From Proteromonas lacertae (Eukaryota): 58,525 nucleotides of DNA. Shown here one piece after another: positions 50,600 through 58,525 of the stretch. Position numbers and translations under genes: made by a program. Position 1 is the first letter of the stretch. Every line of letters starts with the position of its first letter. The notes beneath the pieces were generated by a model. That model saw only the letters and a program-made list of their open reading frames with translations, was not told the origin of the DNA and ran no database searches. The stretch is from positions 806,001 through 864,525 of the forward strand of contig NGBS01001160.1 in assembly GCA_002245135.1 (NCBI GenBank), read 5' to 3'.

Positions 50600-51427
50600 T
50601 TAATGTTGTTGTTTACTTCCTCGGGCTGTTCTCTTCCTTGTAAGTCTCTTAGGCGTAGATGGTGGCGTACTTAAAGGTTCATCGTTAATGTAGTCTGGAG
50701 CAATGGTTGCTAATAAGCTTAAGTTATCCACAATGGCTTTGATGAGTTCTTCCCGGAGTGTTGCTTTACCTTGCTCTGTAATCATCGGTGATGATATCCT
50801 TATGGTTCTACAACTAGCTCCTTGTTTCTTTACTCGGAGCTTCTTACCCTCCTTGGATGACTTATCAATGCTAGAGTTGGTTGATGATGATGATCTGCGT
50901 GATGACTTCCTGGGACTCATAGACTTTGTCGGGATCGTTTGGAAAATTGCAACTTGATGAATTCTCGGTCTTAAGCAATCGTCTATAAATGATTTTACTT
51001 ATGTAAAATTGATCCCAATAAGATAGAAGGTGATGATAAAGCAAGTGAATTATCAAGGGACGTTGTTAAGCTAGTTAGAGTCTTCGTCTCTTACCACCCT
51101 TGGACTTTGAAACAACGCGTTCCTCCAAGGTACCTTCAGCATCCATCAGATCAGCTTTTAAATCTCTTGCTAACCACTTGGCTTCTGTGTATAGACGATG
51201 AAGATCATCTAGGAGATGAAGTTATCGGGACCTGATTCAAAATAGTTAATGTTGTTAGCTACCCTTTAATGGTAGTAGTTCTGGAGGTCACTTGCAAAGC
51301 CTGCAATCTGGATCCATGGAAGATTCAAGTGAATTGATTTCAAGGAGTCATCGTCAGGTTCATTGTTAAAGGGATCATCGACCTAGTAGATCTCTTCATC
51401 ACTCTCCTGGGTAAGTTTCTTAGGCAT
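50600..51427 (-). pseudogene. One or two broken island ORFs, basic Ser/Arg-rich C-terminal part
   Basis: ATG 51427 (MPKKLTQESDEEIY*) with stop and frameshifts. ORF 50600-50920. Confidence 0.45.
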
Positions 51428-51480
51428 TGTAATCACTTGGGTTATTTCAATAGGAAAAGTTGAACTACTCCCTTCATTGA

Positions 51481-53870
51481 ATGAATTCCTGGAAGAGCAT
51501 GATTCCCATCAATAGCTCATCGATAAAGATGACAGTCCCTACCATGCAATCCTCGGAGAAGACATTACCTGAGATCTCCAAGGACTTAGCTATCGACTAT
51601 CAACATTACCCAGTCCTTACTCCTCCAATCTATCGATGCACTCCTTTCGTTTGTGGATGCCGAGATTTAACAAAGCTTCGGAGGTACGACTACCCATCTA
51701 TATTCTAGTACCGAGATCTGCACAAAGGTTATGCTTTACGATTCTTATGGGACCTCAAGATTGAAGTATAAGTATTTAACTCAAGGAAGTTCAATGAGAC
51801 TGTGAGTGATGGAATCTGCCTGGATGTTCCAGCAGGTTGTAATCGTCAGCACCCGTTCTATCTCTTGATGAAGGATAGTAGAAGACAACTAGGTTCATTG
51901 AAAGCAAAGTTCTTTACCGAGACCGGAGAGCTCAAGGCTTCAACAACAACAACAACTTCATCCTCTGGTGATCAAGTAAAGGTAACATCGTGGTACTTTG
52001 GAGTATCAGTGAATCTAAAGTACCCTGATCACTATAAGCTTTGGCTCAACAATCAAGGAGACGTCAATCGATCGGTTTATAAGCAATCGCTTACCTCGGG
52101 CTATTGTAAGGATGGAGACATGATGATCATCTATCCCGAGAAAGTCTGTGAACTCATCGATGAAGTAAGTGAGAGTAAGCAAAGGAATAAACACGTCCAC
52201 GTGAATGTGAAGAAGGTGGATGAGAAAACAAGGAGCAAGATTCAAATGAAGTTGGATCAAGATTTAAAGGAGATAGAGAAGTCCCGGAGGAGCATTGAGG
52301 CACTCAATAAATCCTCCGAGGATTTGTTTATCAATGGTAAACAAAAGTACAGTAAGGTAATTTATCAAGGAGTGGAATACAACTCTATGGATGTAAGTGG
52401 CTCTGACGATGACCAAGACTCTCATAGGAAAGGCAAGTATTGCACTATCGATTTGGATGCTACGATAATGATCTTTAAGTTTAACAAGGATGGGAGCATG
52501 AGTGAAAGAACACTAAGTCCCGAGGAGATCTTTAACCGAGAAGCTCATCGTCTTACTCCTGATCAACGAGAACAACTCAAGAGATGCCGTCAGCTCACAT
52601 TCAGGGTCAAGAGAAAGTACGTAAAGCATCAGGCTGTAGATTCATCAGATCGAAGAAGTCATCATCATCATCATCATCGACATCCCCAGAGGAAGTACGT
52701 AAAGCTATTATCAAATTTCTTGCCTACTCCAGGAACTTAATCTCAATTCATCAACCCGATAAGAGACTCTTACCAATCTACCCGAGAGTGTGTATTCATA
52801 AGGCTGATCGTGGAATCCAATAAGGTAATGAATGGACTATTCTAGTCAAGGAAGTTCAAGAGAAGCTATCGGAGTGTGAACAACTAGCTCTGGGAGTGAC
52901 TTGGAAGTTCACAGCTCAGTAAGGATATTACTCAAGGTAGTTCATCAGTCAGTGATCAAAGCTAAGGAAGTGTTAAGAACTTGCCTTCATCGCATTACCG
53001 ACTGTGAGTTGAAGGACCATGAGATCGTAGAGAAGAGCATTTACCAGAGTCGGGCATGTCTATTCCTATACTCCATGGAAGGAATGATATCAGCAGAGTA
53101 CACGATGGGAAAGTGTAAGTCTGAGATCTACTATCCAGTCTATAAGAAAGCTGCTAGTCTAAGACTTAAGTTCCATTGCTTGATGGTTAATGCGGTCTCG
53201 TGGATGACAACCTGGCTGGACCCTTACAATCTCTTTGGTAAAGCACTATGAGTACATCAGCACTATCAAGAACGGAGCCTGCCAGATCAACACTTACTTT
53301 AATGCTGTGGAGGAGGACTACTTTGCTGATCGAGAGTTAACAAGAAGCCTCTTGAGAGATGTTAACATCTCCGACAATGAGGTCGATCACTTGCTAGAGC
53401 AGTTCTATACTATGAAGGAGAAGTGCGATAGACTAGATAACAAAGTCATTGCTGAACTGTACTACTATGAGGATGATATCGTTAAGCTTCAAGAGAAGTT
53501 CAAAGAGATCGTCCAGATAATGGAGGAGTGTCTACTCCATACTTACTGTTGGTTGATGATGTTCAAGAAGGAGACACCGCAAGAAGCTCCTCAAGTGAAG
53601 GACAAGGACCAGGAAGAAGTTACTAAAGTAATCACTTACACAAGTGTCTTGAGTAATAGGAAGAGTCGTCGTAAAGCAAAGAAACAAGATACTACTGTTG
53701 CCTCGGAGGCAACAATAGTATCCTCAAGGAAGAGATGGTACTATCAAGAGTCAAGGATCGATTACATCTTACACCTTCAAGGAGCTCTTATCGAGACTAG
53801 GAAGTACGTCTCCCAGCTGATCATCGACTCCGAGGAGCACCTTCTCAACTGGTGGGAACAAGATAATTGA
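51481..53870 (+). pseudogene. Long island gene broken by stops and frameshifts
   Basis: ORFs 51481-51708 and 51802-52740 share a frame across TAG 51706 and TAA 51769. Helical ORFs 52901-53251 and 53235-53870 follow via frameshifts. Confidence 0.55.
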
Positions 53871-53957
53871 AGCTTTACTTAAACAGTATTTTTGATTATG
53901 AAGCTAGTGTTTAGGGATTCCTAGAAACAACAACAAGAGTAAGCAAAGTAAAGGGAA

Positions 53958-55170
53958 TTAGAATAAGCTTAAGAAGGAGTTAGCAATCGTTTGAATCTTA
54001 GCAATGGACTGCTTGAGATCATCAACTTGATCGTGGAACTTCTTAAGGCTCTTGAAAGAGTCCCAGTCTAATGGTACGTAGAGATTTTCCTGGAGTTGTA
54101 AGACTGGGTACTTGAGAATGGATATCAGCTCATCGTACATCTTGGAGTAGTCACGGCAAACGATTCTGAAGTTAGCTCTAATCATCATACCTATGCGATT
54201 GCTTACGACGTTCTCAAAGTCGGTGACGTGCTGGATGATAAAGTCAGTAAGGGCTTCCACCTCCTTATCAAGATCGTTGAGTTTCCATAGCTGAGTGATT
54301 ACCTTATCCATGTAATAGTCAAAGTGTGGATGCTCTTGAAGTAAGCTCTCTCGGAACTGATGGTAATAGCTGAGTAAGGAAGTAGCATCGCATCGTAGAT
54401 CAAGGCTATACTGTTGGAAGTCTCGGAGATAACTCATAAAGACCGTAAACTGCTTAGGAGTATCGGATATGGTCTTTGTGGACTGAAGGAATTCAATCAA
54501 GGCATTAACTTTACTCTGGAGCTTACGGACGATGTTCTTGTAGGCAGTCAATTCATAGAGAGAATCAGTCTTGGTGTTATGCTTCATAAAGAGAACATAG
54601 TCTAGCAGATCCACAGCATGTTGATAGATACGACTTTGTCTAGAGCACCACTCAGTAAAGTATCTTGGATCCTTGGAGGACATCTTCCATTCACTATTGA
54701 TCAGGGAAAGTAATTTACTGTCATTGACCTGTCCAAGTAAGATTATAAAAGTATCCGTTTCATGAGATGGACTTGGTTAAGCAATCGTGGATGATCTGGT
54801 AAAGTCTCTTGACTTCCTGACAGTAGTTCATCGGAGACCAGTACTTGGGTATCTCCTCAGATCTCTCCTCGGAGGTTTCCTCGGAGGTCTCTTTGGAGCT
54901 GTCTTCGAAGGATGATGATGAGGAGTATAACTCTTCAGAAGGCTCCTTTGAAGGTTCTTCAACCGGTACAGTGACAGGATCTCTCTGATTCAGAAGCTCC
55001 TTTTGAAACTCAATATCATCATCATCAATCTCAGTTTCCACATGGTTCTGTACTGTCACTATCACTGTCATTACAGATAATCTGATTCGATGCAATCGAT
55101 GAAGGTCCCGTAAAGGTCAACTCTGAATCTAGAAGGGGAAGGATTCCTAGAACTCTCGTTAGAACAATGA
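53958..55170 (-). pseudogene. Island gene: acidic N-terminus plus alpha-helical domain, frameshifted
   Basis: ORFs 54760-55095 and 53958-54683 join via a frameshift near 54760. Confidence 0.55.
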
Positions 55171-55228
55171 TGAATATACTGTATATTATATATTCATTAT
55201 TGTTAAATAGTATATAAAGGATTAGTAT

Positions 55229-56253
55229 TATGTTTACTTATTTACTATTATTTAACATTTTTATAATAATCTTATATATACAGTGTAATATCAATAAGTC
55301 ATATAATATATATATATATATTGGAAATTCATTCAAAAATTATTATCATTTACCTATAAAACCATTAATTTGCAAAAATGAAAAAAAAATATATAATTGT
55401 GTATTTTCATATAATAAAAACAATAAATATCATGGTTCGATTTATAATGGCAATAAGAAATTCCCTATAAAACCAAATTATTCTTATAACATAATTATTA
55501 CTATGGAGAAATTAAGTCAGGTATTGTTTATGAAAAGTGTAGGAGAAGGAAAATACAAGAATTATCATTTAGCCAGTTGATTATAGGTTGTTCATAAATA
55601 AGAATCATTTATCAAGAAATATATATTCCTATTACAATATGTCAAAATTTATTGAAGAAGCAAAAAATAATTACTGTAATTTTTCTTCATTTTTGAGGAG
55701 AAAAAATATAGTATATATACAAAGAGTAAAATATAAAAAAAGGCAATATTTAGTTAAAGAAATGATGAAATATCTAAATATTGATTCTTTTGGTAGTGAT
55801 CTTAACAACAAAAAATGGCCAAATAATATATCAAAGAAAAATAAAATAGAATTATTAGAACAGTATAAATTTTGTATTTCAATTGAAAATTCTGTAATAT
55901 CATGGAAAAATGGAAGCAAATATGAAGCAAATGATATTAACAATGATTATGTTACTGAAAAATTGGCTGATTGTTTATTAGCTGGAACAATTCCAATATA
56001 TTTTGGACCAAAAAATATTCACATGTTTTTGCCGCATCCTGATTCGATACTTAACTTTAGTCACTTCGATTCAATTTTTAAATTAATAAAGCACATAAAG
56101 TATTTATTAAGAAATTTATCAGCTATTGAAAAACACTTACAGTGGTATAACAATAATATATCTGTTCAATGGTTTAATAGATTTAATTATGAATTTAAAT
56201 TTGACTATTGTATGATTTGTGATTATGTAAAACACTTCTATTCAACTTTATAA
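55229..56253 (+). CDS. Alpha-1,3-fucosyltransferase (GT10), intronless, 1-nt frameshift near 55575
   Basis: Signal anchor. GT10 motif QYKFCISIENS..NDYVTEKLADCLLAGTIPIYFG. Confidence 0.85.
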
Positions 56254-56299
56254 TTGTTATATATAATGTTATTAAATTCAATATTTATAATAAAATTAA

Positions 56300-56890
56300 G
56301 TTCGTTATATCAATCTAATTTTCTTTCAATATTGTGATTATACAATCAATAAAAAATAGAATCATTAACAATAAAAAATAACATCTACAAAACATTTACA
56401 GGATGTGGTCTGGATAATAAAATACCCACAATAATTTCTTGTATATTCTTCTCAATTGTATCTTACTCCAAATTCTATATTTATGGATGGAAAGATATAA
56501 TAACATTATTCAATATATCTTTTTAAATCATTACAATTCAATATCTGTATATAAATATCATGGATTCACCTATGTCATTTATAATCTATATAAAGATGAT
56601 AGCATTATAACATCATTCAAATGGAGAATTAATAAATGGAATAAAAAATACAAGAAGTTTTCTTTCAACCATGTAAGAAAATTAATAAAATTTGAATGAC
56701 TTACATTAAAAAGATATGGTAAAATACTTGCAGTTCATATTAGAACAGGATTTTTATCTAATTTATCAAAGACAACTATATGGTATAAATCGAATACTAT
56801 TTTTATCTGACTCAAATATTCTAATACAAAGAATGAAAAAAGTATATTCAAAATATATATTCAACTTTTCTGTGGATGGACTATAAAAGT
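56300..56890 (+). pseudogene. Alpha-1,2/1,6-type fucosyltransferase pseudogene
   Basis: GCGLDNKIPT, LAVHIRTGFLS and IFLSDS lie in broken frames. Paralog of the gene at 57777-58525. Confidence 0.6.
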
Positions 56891-56943
56891 GAAATAAAAC
56901 TTTTAGTGGAATAAAATAGGTTATAATCTTAGTACCCATTTAA

Positions 56944-57698
56944 ATGAAATTATATTTCATTGTATTAAGTTATGCATATTTAATAATAATATTTTATATA
57001 TTATTTAGATTTTCATAGATTATGTGTTAAAAATCATTACATACAATCAGTAATGCAAATATATGATAATATGATTGAAAATAATAGAACAATTCATGAA
57101 GTATGTAATAAAGATGACATGCTTGGGGATATAAGGAATCAATCTGTTAATATAGGGAATAATTGTGAACCTTGGATATCTAAGAAATGTATATATGTGC
57201 TTGACCACATACTTACGAATAGAATGAATGGTATAGAATGGAGTTCAGGTTCTAGTACTATATGGTTAAGTTATAGATTAAAATCATTAATATCAATAGA
57301 ACATTCATTAGGATGGCTAAAAAGGTTAGAAATATTATTTCTAGAACAAATAAAAAGAAAATAGTTTCTATAATATCAATCACCATGATGATATTGAAGT
57401 GTGCAAAATGATAGTATATATATAAGCAAATTTGGTGGTAGAGATAAATGCTTTAAATCATATGTTATGAATAAATTTATAAAGATATAAATTATGATTA
57501 TATTAGTATTGATGGCAGAGCTAGAGCAGGTTGCATAATACGATCTATAGATTTAATTAAGTCAGAAAATGGAATTCTTGTTTAGATAACTCTGAAAGAG
57601 AAAGATATCAATATGCTATTAATATTATACCGAAACATTGGAGTAGATATAATTTTAAATATTCAAATGAATTGTAACAATATGGATAACTCATTAAA
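56944..57698 (+). pseudogene. Class I SAM-dependent methyltransferase with signal anchor, frameshifted
   Basis: IEWSSGSSTIWL, ISIEHSLGW and YDYISIDGRARAGC..GILVLDNSERERY across frames. Confidence 0.7.
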
Positions 57699-57776
57699 AT
57701 AAATATAATTATTTGATAAATATTAAATTAATTGTTTCTTATCCACATACATAGTTGATTAATAATACTATACTCT

Positions 57777-58525
57777 ATGCTTAGTTTTCTGTTGTTTCTA
57801 TTCTTATATATATAGTATATATAATACTAACAATTTAATATGGAATGATTTTTAAGAATAATAAAAAGAATATAAAGCCTTTTATTTATTCTATCCCTTT
57901 ATTGGTTGTGGATTTGCTAACAAGATTCCAACATTAGCTAGTAGTATTATACTTTCACTTCTATCATATCATCACTTTTCATTATTAATTGGTATCAAAT
58001 TCGTCATTATTTTAACTACCATATAGTCTATTCATTTATAGTTATAATTTTACCAATACTTTGTTATATGATAGGAAAAATGAGACTGTTCTCAACAAAT
58101 TAAATGAAGGAATCACAATTAGAATATATACAATTCATAGTTACACAAAGTCAATCCTTTTGTTCTACAATATAACAAATAATATTAAATATATTTTGAG
58201 AAATAATAAAAGAAAAATATAACAGTATTGATATGTATATTCAACAGATATTTTTCATACCAACTTTATCCATCTATAAACATATTATGCGTTTTAAACT
58301 ATTTATATCAAACAAATTAGCAATAGGTGTTCATATAAGAACTGGTTATTTATCTGATTTCGGAGAAACAGATAAAAGATTCTTTAATAATAAGAGTATG
58401 AATCTGTATATCAATACAATTGAAAGTATAATTAATCATTATAGAAATGGTAGTCTTTTTATTGCTTCTGATTCTACTTTAATAAAAGAAATATTATATG
58501 AAAAATACAAAATATTGTAATAAAT
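57777..58525 (+). pseudogene. Alpha-1,2/1,6-type fucosyltransferase (GT11/23/37 superfamily), frameshifted
   Basis: Signal anchor, GCGFANKIPT, motif I IGVHIRTG and motif II LFIASDS. Confidence 0.7.

Larger units (their letters stand above)
50600..55170. mobile_element. GC-shifted intronless island of decayed unknown genes (possible endogenised virus or large transposon cargo)
   Basis: Sample line 53281-53340 has 26/60 G+C versus 9/60 at 55381-55440. Edges are sharp, packing is compact, there are no introns and no hallmark gene was recognised. Confidence 0.6.

Noticed and set aside
53915..55152. 12-bp direct repeat GGATTCCTAGAA at 53915 and 55141 as a target-site duplication
   Set aside because: One 12-mer match within a 4.6 kb segment is plausible by chance, and no terminal repeats lie inside it.
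1..58525. CRISPR array, tRNA, rRNA or telomeric repeats
   Set aside because: No regular repeat-spacer pattern, cloverleaf, rRNA-like sequence or telomere tract was seen.

Overview
Very AT-rich, gene-dense eukaryotic nuclear DNA with many tiny (about 25-55 nt) GT..AG introns. This architecture is most consistent with a Blastocystis-like gut stramenopile (inference). Positions 1-46 kb are mostly intron-containing housekeeping genes: a Kelch protein, BMS1, a GT61-like glycosyltransferase, PP2C, a kinase-LRR protein, a small putative mitochondrial/MRO protein, an intronless UDP-galactopyranose mutase, a bromodomain protein, PAC4/PSMG4, two kinases, CTF18, a divergent kinesin, a tandem histone-fold protein, PDCD5, GCLC, NOT4, an HIBCH/mS47-like protein, two paralogous coiled-coil giants and an NDP-glucose 4,6-dehydratase. 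The ORF-poor gap at 14.0-15.15 kb looks like a non-coding snoRNA host gene. Its four long introns (189-304 nt) carry four H/ACA-like RNAs and a U49-like C/D RNA, with guides matching conserved rRNA modification sites. From 46.4 kb the window is accessory DNA: a ~635 bp foldback/TIR element plus a solo arm, two GC-shifted intronless decayed islands of unknown ORFs, and a cluster of intronless, partly broken glycan-modifying genes (DUF229, GT10 fucosyltransferase, two alpha-1,2/1,6-type fucosyltransferases, a methyltransferase). Single-base frameshifts in conserved host genes suggest assembly indel errors, so pseudogene calls need care. Exon boundaries were read by eye, and rRNA targets are recalled conserved eukaryotic sequences, not this organism's own rRNA.
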